Source of the DNA: Elusimicrobiota bacterium
GTDB taxonomy: Bacteria; Elusimicrobiota; Elusimicrobia; Elusimicrobiales; UBA9959
Length of the DNA stretch: 64,000 nt
Assembly: GCA_036574205.1 (NCBI GenBank)
Contig: JAINCQ010000018.1
Coordinates: 1-64,000, forward strand
Reading direction: 5' to 3'
Each line of letters opens with the position of its first letter. The stretch's first letter is position 1. The position numbers were made by a program, and so were the translations under genes. The notes below the pieces were generated by a model that had not been told where the DNA came from, ran no database searches, and saw only the letters and a program-made list of their open reading frames with translations. Below are positions 49,373-59,116 of the stretch, piece after piece.

Positions 49373-50760
49373 TTATAACTTATTTTTATCTTGTGTATTC
49401 GTATAAAGATTATGTATTTTTCCTCTTTTAAGTGAGAAAAAAATTCCTGATAAAGATAAAATAGTAAAAATTAAGAAAGAGAAATTAAGAGACTTAATAA
49501 ATTCTTGTTGGTATTGTATAAATTGTTTGCCGCTCATAAAGATTGATATAGAAAGGCTTGCAATTCCCATAGAAAGTGATTGTCCTATTACTCTTGAGGT
49601 GGCAAGTATTCCTGAGGCAGTTGTGTAATCTTCTTTTTGCGCCGAACTCATAACAGCATTTGTATTTGGAGAACTAAAAAGTCCAAAACCAATTCCAGCG
49701 ATTAAAAGAATAAGTATTACATAATTTATAGATGAGCCTGACCCTAAAAAACAAAGCATTAAAAGCGATAAAGTGGTTATTCCCATACCCAAAGATGATA
49801 TTAATTGAGGTTCTTTTGAGTCAGACAATTTCCCGGCAAATGGAGATATTATACACATAATTAAAGGTTGAACTAATAGTATACTTCCTGCTTTTTTAGG
49901 TGTCATAGAATGAATACTCTGAAGATATATGCTTAAAAAAAATGTTATTGCGCTTGTTGCGGTATAATTTATAATGGCTGCTAAATTTGAAAAAATGAAA
50001 GGAGTATTGTTTTTAAATTTTAGTATATTTATGATATGATATTTCGAGATCTTTTCAATAGAATAAACTATATATAAAAAGAGAAATGAAATTAAAAAGA
50101 TGAAAACTCCATCTGGAGTATTTATCCTGGAAACCCCATAGATAAATGAAAATAAAAAAACAGAATAAAATATTATTTCTTTAAAATTAATTTTTTCTTC
50201 TTTTTTTACTTCTTCAAATCTTACCTTGCTTTTTCCAATTAAAAATATAAATAGGTTTATAAATCCTGCTATAAAAAAATTAAAGGCCAGCCATATTTAT
50301 TGATAATGAATCCTCCTAAAAAAGGTCCTAAAGAAAGCCCTAAATAAACAAAGCTTACATTTATACCTAAAATCTTTCCTCGACTCTCTTTTGGAAAAAT
50401 GCTTGCAAGTATAGCGGTTCCAGTTGAAAGAAAGATTCCCCCAGCTATTCCCTGAATTATTCTTGAAATTATCATTATTGTAAAATTTTTTGACAGAGCG
50501 CATAAAAAAGATGATAATGAGAATATTAAAACTCCTGATAAAAATACTTTTCTTTTCCCAAATATATCACTGATCTTTGCTGAAGGGATTAAAGATATTG
50601 CTGTCGAAAGGATGTAAGAAGTGATTATCCAGCTTGTTAGCGTGGATTGTGTATGCAGAGAATTTTCAATTGCGACAATTCCAACATTTACAGAAGATAT
50701 CATAAACGGATTTATAAAAGCTGTTATTGAGATTAAAATTAAAATAATATTTAGATTCAC
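49373..50760 (-). pseudogene. DHA2-type MFS transporter split by a 1-bp frameshift in a T7 run
   Basis: Adding one T to the run at 50273-50279 joins ORFs 50269..50760 and 49373..49906 into one 462-aa frame with no stops. Confidence 0.8.
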
Positions 50761-50763
50761 AGT

Positions 50764-51162
50764 TTAATGATTATTTAAGTATGTAATTGTTAATTGTAAT
50801 ATTGTAGCAAACAAAACCCAGAGTAAATATGGTATTTGAATATAACTAATCCATCGAATGTGTGGATATATAATAATAATTGCCCATATAAGTGTTATGA
50901 AGACCAGTAGAACATCTATTGCTGCAAGAAAATTATTTCTTAAACCAAATTGTAAAGGAGTAAAAGATAAGTTAAAGATTATATTAAGTATAAATGGTAA
51001 GGCAACAAGTTTGGGTAATTTGCCAATATATACTTTATAAAAAACTGTACCAAAAGATATAGTAATCAAGATATAAAGAATAGCCCATACTGGTCCAAAT
51101 ATCCAGCCTGGAGGAGCCCATGAAGGTTTAATTAAGGTTTGATACCAGAGATATTTTTCCAT
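50764..51162 (-). CDS. tspO: TspO/MBR family protein
   Basis: WYQTLIKPSWAPPGWIFGPVW, PYLLWVLFA. Confidence 0.92.
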   Translation of the reverse strand: MEKYLWYQTLIKPSWAPPGWIFGPVWAILYILITISFGTVFYKVYIGKLPKLVALPFILNIIFNLSFTPLQFGLRNNFLAAIDVLLVFITLIWAIIIIYPHIRWISYIQIPYLLWVLFATILQLTITYLNNH

Positions 51163-51270
51163 AAGATATATTTTAGATTTTTATAAAAAATTTTCAAATT
51201 TTATAATAAGATAAAGAATAAAAATTAAAAAGTTTTAATAAAATTGAAGTGATGATAAGTTTAATAGGAA

Positions 51271-51677
51271 GTGGGATTCGGTCGCAAATAAAAATCGCTT
51301 GCCGCTCATTTTTTCTCAGACCCCCCTCCTCGCAAAACTGTAAGCACAAGTTTTGCTGCGGGCTTTCAAGTCACGCATAAGCCTGGTTGGCTTTGTGCGA
51401 CCCCGCCTCGTTCGCCTGCATAGCCCAAGGCGAACTGCGGCCTTGCGGCGTGGACGCGAAACCATTTAGGTTTCGCTCTAAAGCCACGCCTCACCCCGCG
51501 CAACAGTTTACCGCTTGTGCTTAGCAAAGCACGGAGAGAGTGGGATTCTCCCACAAATAAATTTTGCTCACCGCAAAATTTTTCGCGGGCCGCCCCTCGT
51601 CCGACTGAATAGTCCAGGTCGGACTGCGGGCTTTCGAATCCCCACGCGACAGCTTACCGCTGTCGCTTAGCAAAGCA
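51271..51677 (-). repeat. tRNA-Ser 3'-linked structured repeat array (146-bp unit plus a second unit with a nested 124-bp element)
   Basis: 30-bp direct repeat at 51519-51548 and 51665-51694; third short copy GTGGGATTCG at 51271-51280. Confidence 0.9.
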
Positions 51678-52119
<442 letters not shown>

Positions 52120-52130
52120 TATTAACTCTA

Positions 52131-53078
52131 TTATATCAAATTTGAAAATGTCTTTTTTAACCCTTCATATATGGTAGTCCATTGGTTAAATCCGGTTTTT
52201 TCTTCCCATTTTTTAGGATTTGCTATCCAGTGGTATGCCCTTGATTCCCTTACTTTATCGCGATTTAAAACCGGTTTTATCTTAAAAAAGTAAGAAATTA
52301 TTTCATAGGAAACAGCTGTCAGCTTCAAGAGAGTATGAGGCATTTTTATAATTTTAGGTTTTTTTACTTTCATACTTTCAGCCATAAGCTCTACAAATTC
52401 TTCCCAGCTATAATTTTGTGCCTCACAGACATAAAACTTGTCGTTTTTTATGGAGTTATCTTCAACTGCTTTTATTATACATTTACATAAGTCATTTACA
52501 AAAATAAAGCTAAATCTTGAATCTTTATTTGAGGGTGATATCATTATTCCCTTTTTAACCCATTCTGCTATTGTGGAAAAACCGTCGTCTTTTGGTCCAT
52601 AGACTATTGGTGGTCTGAGTATAACATATGGGCATTTTAATTTTTCAATTTCTTTTTCAGCTAAAAGTTTACTAAGTCCATAATTTGATACCGGAATGTC
52701 TTGCATCTCTTCATTTTTTGGATTTTTCAAGTCTTTGGATGGACCTCCTGCTGCAAGAGATGAAAGATAAATTAATTTTTTTATGCCACTCGTATTTGAT
52801 GCTTCAACAATATTTCTTGAACTTATTACGTTTTCTTTTATAAACTCAGATTTGTTCCTTGCAAAAAGAGTTGCAGCAAGGTGTATAACTATATCCGATC
52901 CATCAATTGCTTTTCTCACAGAATTTACATCATGGTAGTCTGTGGATATAAATTCAATTCCATCTTCAGTGTTATTTTTTCCTCTTGTAAGCACTTTTAT
53001 CCTGTATTCTTTTGATATAAACTTTATAAGGTTTGATCCTATAAACCCTCTACCGCCAGTTATAACTATGGTTTTCAT
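52131..53078 (-). CDS. NAD-dependent epimerase/dehydratase (extended SDR)
   Basis: TGGRGFIG, HLAA, YGLSK, LRPPIVYGP. Confidence 0.92.
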   Translation of the reverse strand: MKTIVITGGRGFIGSNLIKFISKEYRIKVLTRGKNNTEDGIEFISTDYHDVNSVRKAIDGSDIVIHLAATLFARNKSEFIKENVISSRNIVEASNTSGIKKLIYLSSLAAGGPSKDLKNPKNEEMQDIPVSNYGLSKLLAEKEIEKLKCPYVILRPPIVYGPKDDGFSTIAEWVKKGIMISPSNKDSRFSFIFVNDLCKCIIKAVEDNSIKNDKFYVCEAQNYSWEEFVELMAESMKVKKPKIIKMPHTLLKLTAVSYEIISYFFKIKPVLNRDKVRESRAYHWIANPKKWEEKTGFNQWTTIYEGLKKTFSNLI

Positions 53079-53081
53079 ATT

Positions 53082-53498
53082 TTAATCCTTTATTTTATCA
53101 AAAAATTTTTTTGTTTCTTTTTGTAAATTGTTGGTATTTATTTTGATATCCGTTGTGAATAAACCTTTAAGATATTTTATCTTTCCCCTGTTTATTGTTT
53201 CAGGATCCGGAAATTTTCCGCTTAAAATCTTACTTAATATAGTTTTACCATCTTCCTGGGGAAGTATTATTGATGTTATAAATATCATAAAAATGAAAAA
53301 TAAAATATTTAAAAAAAGAGAAAATGGAAATAACGAAAATATTTTTAAATTAAGGGTAAAATATATGTATAAAAATGACCATAAGGCAATAGAACCATAA
53401 AACATATATTCCTCATATTTCCCTGTATCAGGATATAACACAAATATGGTTATTATAATCAATATTATAAAAATTAATCCTGTTATAATTTTTATCAT
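53082..53498 (-). CDS. Small 3-TM membrane protein, paralogue of 53495..53863
   Basis: LYPDT and PQEDGKTILSKI..FPD motifs. Confidence 0.65.
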   Translation of the reverse strand: MIKIITGLIFIILIIITIFVLYPDTGKYEEYMFYGSIALWSFLYIYFTLNLKIFSLFPFSLFLNILFFIFMIFITSIILPQEDGKTILSKILSGKFPDPETINRGKIKYLKGLFTTDIKINTNNLQKETKKFFDKIKD

Positions 53499-53863
53499 TT
53501 AATCTCCTTTTTAGTGTTGCCAATAATCCAGTTAGATGGAAGCCCAAGTTGTTTAAAACCGCGGTAAAGCGAAAATCTATCTGGATATTGTTCGTCCGCT
53601 ATTTTCCCAATAACCGATTTGCCATCTTTTTGGGGATAACATAACATGATTGAAAGAAGCATAATCAGGTAAATAGTTGTTAGTAAAAAAGATTTTACTG
53701 TAGTGTTAAAACGCAAAATAGAAAAACTAAAAAGCGAAGAAAAACCAAACCATAAAAGAGCAGATATAGATAGATATATAACCCCAAGGAAAGTTGTGTC
53801 TGGATATAGAATAAGGGCTATAAAATGAGTCAGAAAAATAATTATTATAAGAATTAACATCAT
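53495..53863 (-). CDS. Small 3-TM membrane protein
   Basis: LYPDT and PQKDGKSVIGKI..YPD motifs. Confidence 0.65.
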   Translation of the reverse strand: MMLILIIIIFLTHFIALILYPDTTFLGVIYLSISALLWFGFSSLFSFSILRFNTTVKSFLLTTIYLIMLLSIMLCYPQKDGKSVIGKIADEQYPDRFSLYRGFKQLGLPSNWIIGNTKKEIK

Positions 53864-53866
53864 AAT

Positions 53867-54553
53867 TTAATCAAAAGTTTTAAACTCAACATATACAGTC
53901 AGGTAATTTTCGTAAAAATCTTCAGGAAGCGGGTCAAATTTTTTTATCTCTGATATAGCCATTACAACTGACTGGTCAAAAAGTCTGTTGCCTGAGCTTT
54001 TATCTATGCTTATTGCTACTATATTGCCACTTGAAGTTATTTTAAATTTTACAACTGCTTTAAGATTTTTAGAGTTTACTTCCTGTAACTGCCAGCTATC
54101 CCATATTCTCGCTCTTAGTTTTGTTATGTACCAGGAATATGGAAAATTAGAATCAGTTCTTATCCCTTGCTGCTTAAAATCATTTGATTTAGTTACATTA
54201 TCAGACAGATTTTTTGAGTTTGATTTTAATATTTGAGATTCTTCATCTGCCATAGAAGGTTTTATACCTTTAACATTTGTGTATAAATAATCAGAGTCTT
54301 CTATTTGTTGGTCCTTTTCTGTTTTAGATTTAATTTCATCATTTTTTATTTCTGGTTTAATAGGATTTTGAGTTTCTGTATTATTGGTTTTCTGTTCAGA
54401 GTAGTAATTTTGCGTTGTTATAATTTCGCTTTTTCCAATAAAATCTATGTAATATTGCTTTTTTCCGGACTTGAGATTTGGAAAACTGATAAGCGTCAAA
54501 AATAGAAGAATTGTGGCGTGAATAATTCCTGAATATATAAGATAAACATTCAT
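53867..54553 (-). CDS. TonB/TolA-family energy transducer
   Basis: N-terminal TM with SxxxH; C-terminal FKITSSG..SSGNRLFD..FDPLP. Confidence 0.85.
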   Translation of the reverse strand: MNVYLIYSGIIHATILLFLTLISFPNLKSGKKQYYIDFIGKSEIITTQNYYSEQKTNNTETQNPIKPEIKNDEIKSKTEKDQQIEDSDYLYTNVKGIKPSMADEESQILKSNSKNLSDNVTKSNDFKQQGIRTDSNFPYSWYITKLRARIWDSWQLQEVNSKNLKAVVKFKITSSGNIVAISIDKSSGNRLFDQSVVMAISEIKKFDPLPEDFYENYLTVYVEFKTFD

Positions 54554-54960
54554 TTCTCTACTATCACTGAAATACCAACCTTTCCTGCTCCTAATTTTTT
54601 TGCTGTATCAAGAACAGTTATTACTTCCTGTATTGGTGTTGTCTTTTCAGATTCCACAAGAACAGTTTTTTCATATGACTTTGATAAATTTAACGCCAGC
54701 TCTTTTTGAAAATTATTTGTCTTTTTAGAGTTGACATATATCTGCCCATTTTTTGTTATCGTAACCTTTATTATCTTGTCAGTATTTGATGAAATTGTAT
54801 CAGGCGCGTTAGATGTTTTGGGAAGATTAACCTTTATATGGGACTGCACAAAAAAAGGGGTTGTTATCATAAATATTATTAAAATTATAAGCATAACATC
54901 TATTAGAGGTATCATATTAATTTCTGATATAATGCCCTTTGATGTGTTATGTATTTTCAT
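54550..54960 (-). CDS. ExbD/TolR family protein
   Basis: EINMIPLIDVMLIILIIFMIT. Confidence 0.93.
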   Translation of the reverse strand: MKIHNTSKGIISEINMIPLIDVMLIILIIFMITTPFFVQSHIKVNLPKTSNAPDTISSNTDKIIKVTITKNGQIYVNSKKTNNFQKELALNLSKSYEKTVLVESEKTTPIQEVITVLDTAKKLGAGKVGISVIVEK

Positions 54961-55567
54961 TTTTATAATACCTTTCTATTAATTGCTCTATAAGCCAGTT
55001 TATCTCAGCGTTAAATCTATTTATCCTTGATATAAAATAGTTATATGCTACTACTGCGGGGATTGCCACAAAAAGCCCCATAGCGGTATTTACAAGTGCT
55101 TCAGATATGCCCTGAGCTATTACTGAGGGACCTGCGCTTTGAAATGCAGCCATATCTTTAAACGCTCTTATAACCCCGATAACTGTTCCAAAAAGACCTA
55201 TAAAAGGGGCGGTTGAGCCAATTGTTGCAAGAGCATTTAGTTTTTTAGTGAATATAGAGTTATAATATTCTATCATTGATGAAACATATTCTCTTTTTTC
55301 CCTTATTGTTCCTGTATGTGACAAAACTCCTGTTATTATCTCACTTACTATGTTTTTTTGAGTTATTATGGATTTTATCGCTTCTGTAGTTTTTGAGGTT
55401 TTTAACAAGGTTGAAATTTTGGAAGCAATAATTGAATTTTTTTTAATAGTTTTCTTAAACTCCTTATATTTTTCTATTATTATAGCCAGAGAATATATTG
55501 ATAACATAATCAAAAATATAAATATTGGTCCACCGGCTTTTATTATCTCTTTTAAAGAAAATTCCAT
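54947..55567 (-). CDS. ExbB/TolQ (MotA family) proton channel
   Basis: APFIGLFGTVIG, GISEALVNTAMGLFVAIPA. Confidence 0.93.
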   Translation of the reverse strand: MEFSLKEIIKAGGPIFIFLIMLSIYSLAIIIEKYKEFKKTIKKNSIIASKISTLLKTSKTTEAIKSIITQKNIVSEIITGVLSHTGTIREKREYVSSMIEYYNSIFTKKLNALATIGSTAPFIGLFGTVIGVIRAFKDMAAFQSAGPSVIAQGISEALVNTAMGLFVAIPAVVAYNYFISRINRFNAEINWLIEQLIERYYKNENT

Positions 55568-55649
55568 AATTTCTCCCATTTCAAAAATCTGAAAATCTTT
55601 GTTCTTTATATTTTACAAAAAAATATGATAATCAATAAAAAGTATTATT

Positions 55650-56735
55650 TTATTTTGAATTTCTTTGCTTTAAAAACTTTTTTATTTTTTTAAAATCTGG
55701 ATTTCTTATTATGCCTTTTTCAGTTATTATAGCTGATATGAACTTACCTGGAACAACATCAAAAGCTGGATGAACTGCGCTTACTTTGGGGTGTGCTATA
55801 TAATTTCCTTTTATTTTTATTACCTCTTCCTTCCCCCTTTCTTCTATTTTAATGTCATCACCATTTTTAATGGTTAAATCAAAAGTATCCGTTGGAGCGG
55901 CGACAAAAAACGGGATTTTATGTTCTTTTGCAAGTATAGCAAGAGAATAACTTCCTATTTTGTTTGCTGTATCTCCATTTGCAGCTATCCTATCAGCTCC
56001 AATTATAATAGCATCTGGTTTTTTTGTTTTCATTATCCAACCAGCCATATTGTCACATATCAGAGCAAAGGGAATTTTATTGACAAGCAACTCCCAGGCA
56101 GTAAGTCGTGCCCCTTGAAGATAAGGTCGTGTTTCACAAGGAAAAACAAATTTAACAAATCCATTTTTATATCCTTCAGTTATTATACCAAGCGCCGTTC
56201 CTATCCCAGCAGTGGCAAGCGATCCTGTGTTACAGTAAGTTATAATAATTGAATTTTTTTTAAGAATATTAATTCCATTTTCAGCTATTTTAATTGTGGA
56301 TTCTATATCTTCATTTAATATCTTGAATGCCTCTTTTTCAACAACCTCTCTTAAAGAAAATAATTCATTTTTAGAAATAACCTTACCAGTTTTTTCAAGA
56401 AATTTCATTGCGGCAAAATGTGTTCTTTCCACTGCTTTAAAAAGTGAAACGGCTGTTGGCCTTGAGGTTTTTATAATTTCAAAATTTCTTTTAAGATTCT
56501 TTTTGATATATTCTTTGTTGTAAATCTTTGATTTTATTATACAATCTAATCCAAGAAGATATCCAAATGCCGCAGCGTCTCCTATTAATGGCGCTCCCCT
56601 TACCATCATTTCTTTTATAGCGCGATGTACATCCCTTACATTTTTTGCTTCAAAATATTTTATTTTATAAGGTATCTCTCGCTGATCAAGTATTGATAAA
56701 GTCCCTTTTTTATATTTTATTCTTTCAGGTATCAT
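55650..56735 (-). CDS. mtnA: S-methyl-5-thioribose-1-phosphate isomerase
   Basis: MVRGAPLIG, RPTAV, CNTGSLAT, ETRPYLQGARLT, GADRIAANGDTANKIG. Confidence 0.95.
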   Translation of the reverse strand: MIPERIKYKKGTLSILDQREIPYKIKYFEAKNVRDVHRAIKEMMVRGAPLIGDAAAFGYLLGLDCIIKSKIYNKEYIKKNLKRNFEIIKTSRPTAVSLFKAVERTHFAAMKFLEKTGKVISKNELFSLREVVEKEAFKILNEDIESTIKIAENGINILKKNSIIITYCNTGSLATAGIGTALGIITEGYKNGFVKFVFPCETRPYLQGARLTAWELLVNKIPFALICDNMAGWIMKTKKPDAIIIGADRIAANGDTANKIGSYSLAILAKEHKIPFFVAAPTDTFDLTIKNGDDIKIEERGKEEVIKIKGNYIAHPKVSAVHPAFDVVPGKFISAIITEKGIIRNPDFKKIKKFLKQRNSK

Positions 56736-56998
56736 TATGGAATTGTGTCCAGTATGTCTTCCAGCTCAGATTCATTTTTCCCTGTTATCTCTATTGTTTT
56801 TTCCTTACCTCTTAATCCCCTTATTATATTGACATTTTTTTCTCTTACTTCAAAAAATTGTGCAAGATATTTTTTCAATATAGTATTGATTTCTCCATCT
56901 TCTTTTGAAGCGCATATTCTGACTCTCAAGACTTTGCCTATTCTGGATATTACTTCATTGTCTTCACAGTTAGGTATTACTTTTACTTTAACTACCAT
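56735..56998 (-). CDS. DUF167 (YggU-like) protein
   Basis: VKVIPN..YLAQFF..IIRG; follows yggS. Confidence 0.75.
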   Translation of the reverse strand: MVVKVKVIPNCEDNEVISRIGKVLRVRICASKEDGEINTILKKYLAQFFEVREKNVNIIRGLRGKEKTIEITGKNESELEDILDTIP

Positions 56999-57703
56999 TT
57001 ATACCCCCTTGTTGTCAAAAAAATAATTTCCTATTCTTATTAAATTAGATCCCTCTTCTATGGCTATTCTCCAGTCCCCGGACATTCCCATAGAAAGGTA
57101 ATTTTTTTCACCGTTTGAGTTGAACTCATTTTTAAAATAGTTTTTGTATATATCTGCCGCTTTTTTAAAAGACGCCCTGATTTCTTCTTCCTTATCGCTC
57201 ATCGCTCCTATAGCCATTATTCCACGGATTGATATATTTTTCATTCTAGATATATTTTCAAAAATAAAATCAAAATCTTCCGGTTTTATTCCATATTGTG
57301 TTTCTTTATCGCTGATTTTTATTTGGATCATTACCGGCATTATTTTGCCTATTTGAGCTGATTTTTTATCTATTTCTTCTGCCAGCTCTATAGAATCTAC
57401 AGAATCTATAGAATCAAAAAGCAAAACTGCGCGTTTTACTTTATTTTTTTGAAGGTGACCTATAAAATGTATATCAAGATTTTTTCTTATATCTAAAAAA
57501 TCTCTTCTTTCCCATCTTTTTTCTGCATCCTGGACTCTATTTTCACCTATAATTTTTATTCTACCATCTTTTATTAAAGAAAGTATTTGGGTGTCATTAG
57601 CATATTTAACTACAGCCATTATGTCTACTTTTTGTGAAAGTATATTTTTTAACTCGGTTATTCTGTCTGAAATTCTTGTATTATCGGAATTTACAAAATG
57701 CAT
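56999..57703 (-). CDS. yggS: PLP homeostasis protein (YggS family)
   Basis: AVVKY, GENRVQD, HFIGHLQKNK, LSMGMSGD, IRIG. Confidence 0.93.
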   Translation of the reverse strand: MHFVNSDNTRISDRITELKNILSQKVDIMAVVKYANDTQILSLIKDGRIKIIGENRVQDAEKRWERRDFLDIRKNLDIHFIGHLQKNKVKRAVLLFDSIDSVDSIELAEEIDKKSAQIGKIMPVMIQIKISDKETQYGIKPEDFDFIFENISRMKNISIRGIMAIGAMSDKEEEIRASFKKAADIYKNYFKNEFNSNGEKNYLSMGMSGDWRIAIEEGSNLIRIGNYFFDNKGV

Positions 57704-57786
57704 TATAATTATATTTTAGCAAATTTTGTTCCCTTTTTTCCTGAGAAAAATCAAGTCACTTATAATTATTTTATATAATTTTTATT

Positions 57787-59040
57787 ATGAAATATTCTTT
57801 TAAATTCTGGACAATAGTCATAGTAGAAGGATTGATGGTTGGGAAATATGCCATATCTTTTCCTTTTCTGGCGCTTTATATGACGCAAAAAAAAGGTTTT
57901 GATATGAGTGTTATGGGGGGTTATTTTTCCATAGTTATGCTTATATCCTCTTTATCCAGTACCTTTGGAGGATCACTTTCCGACTATATTGGGAGAAGGA
58001 ATGTTATGTTTTTTTCACTTCTGACAAGGGCGGTTTTTATATTTTTAATAAGTTTTTCGATTTATCTAAATCTTAATCCTTTATGGATACTTATATTCAA
58101 TTTTCTTGCCTCTGTTGGAGGTCTTGGTTTTCATTCCGTGGCTCTGGCTTATATTTCAGATGTTGTATCTGAAAGTGAGAGAGTAAAATCATACAGTATT
58201 TTAAGAGTTTCTACAAATGCTGGTTGGGCTATTGGTCCAGCTGTTGGTGGATTTATTGCAAATACTTCTTATCCACTTGCTTTTTTAGTTTCTGCAATTG
58301 TTTTTTTTGTAGCGGCTTTTTTTGTTTTTTTCTTTGCAAAAGATGTTGCATTAAAAAGATCAGACTCAGCTTTGACGCTTATTAAGGATGGATTTGGGTT
58401 TAAACCAATTTTTGGAAAACGGATTAGCAGGGAATTTAAAATAATACTTTTTTACAGTTTCCTTATGACAGGAGTGATGTCTCAGCTTGTTGTCCCTTTA
58501 TCACTTTATTCTAAAAAATATCTTGGATTTTCAGAGAAGGATATAGGTTTTTTGTTTACTTTAAATGGCTCGATAGTTATTTTAATTCAGTATTTTATTG
58601 GAAAAATGATAAAAGAAGAGAAAATTATAAAAGCGCTTTCTTTGTCTTGCCTTTTTTACGCCGCGGGATATCTTTTATTTGGATATTCTCGTCTTTATAT
58701 TATGGCTATGTTTTCAATATTTATTATGACTATAGGAGAGGTTATATTTTCCCCCTCCCTTTCTACTCTTGTTTCAAGAGTTTCTCCTGAAAATAAAAGA
58801 GGAAATTATATTGGGATTCACTCAATGATTTCAGATTTTGGAAGGGCATTTGGGGTTTTTGCTGGAACATTTCTTATAGATAATTTTTCTTATTATATAA
58901 GAGAAATTTCATGGTGGTTTGTGGCAGTGGTATCAATTATTTCATCTTATGGATTTTCAACTCTAAAAAAATATGGAAAAAAATCTAATGAATCATTGGA
59001 CAAATCCATAAAACTTTCTTATCCTTCATCGCCAGTATGA
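57787..59040 (+). CDS. MFS transporter
   Basis: GSLSDYIGRR motif A; about 12 TM segments. Confidence 0.88.
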   Translation: MKYSFKFWTIVIVEGLMVGKYAISFPFLALYMTQKKGFDMSVMGGYFSIVMLISSLSSTFGGSLSDYIGRRNVMFFSLLTRAVFIFLISFSIYLNLNPLWILIFNFLASVGGLGFHSVALAYISDVVSESERVKSYSILRVSTNAGWAIGPAVGGFIANTSYPLAFLVSAIVFFVAAFFVFFFAKDVALKRSDSALTLIKDGFGFKPIFGKRISREFKIILFYSFLMTGVMSQLVVPLSLYSKKYLGFSEKDIGFLFTLNGSIVILIQYFIGKMIKEEKIIKALSLSCLFYAAGYLLFGYSRLYIMAMFSIFIMTIGEVIFSPSLSTLVSRVSPENKRGNYIGIHSMISDFGRAFGVFAGTFLIDNFSYYIREISWWFVAVVSIISSYGFSTLKKYGKKSNESLDKSIKLSYPSSPV

Positions 59041-59057
59041 TTTTTGTTCTAAAAATA

Positions 59058-59086
59058 AGAAGTCCCCTTTTGAAAAGGGGACTTCT
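59058..59086. terminator. Likely bidirectional terminator between convergent MFS gene and groEL
   Basis: Inverted repeat AGAAGTCCCCTTTT-G-AAAAGGGGACTTCT with A/T-rich flanks. Confidence 0.8.
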
Positions 59087-59116
59087 TTCATTTTTTTACC
59101 GTTTTAACTTTTTGCG

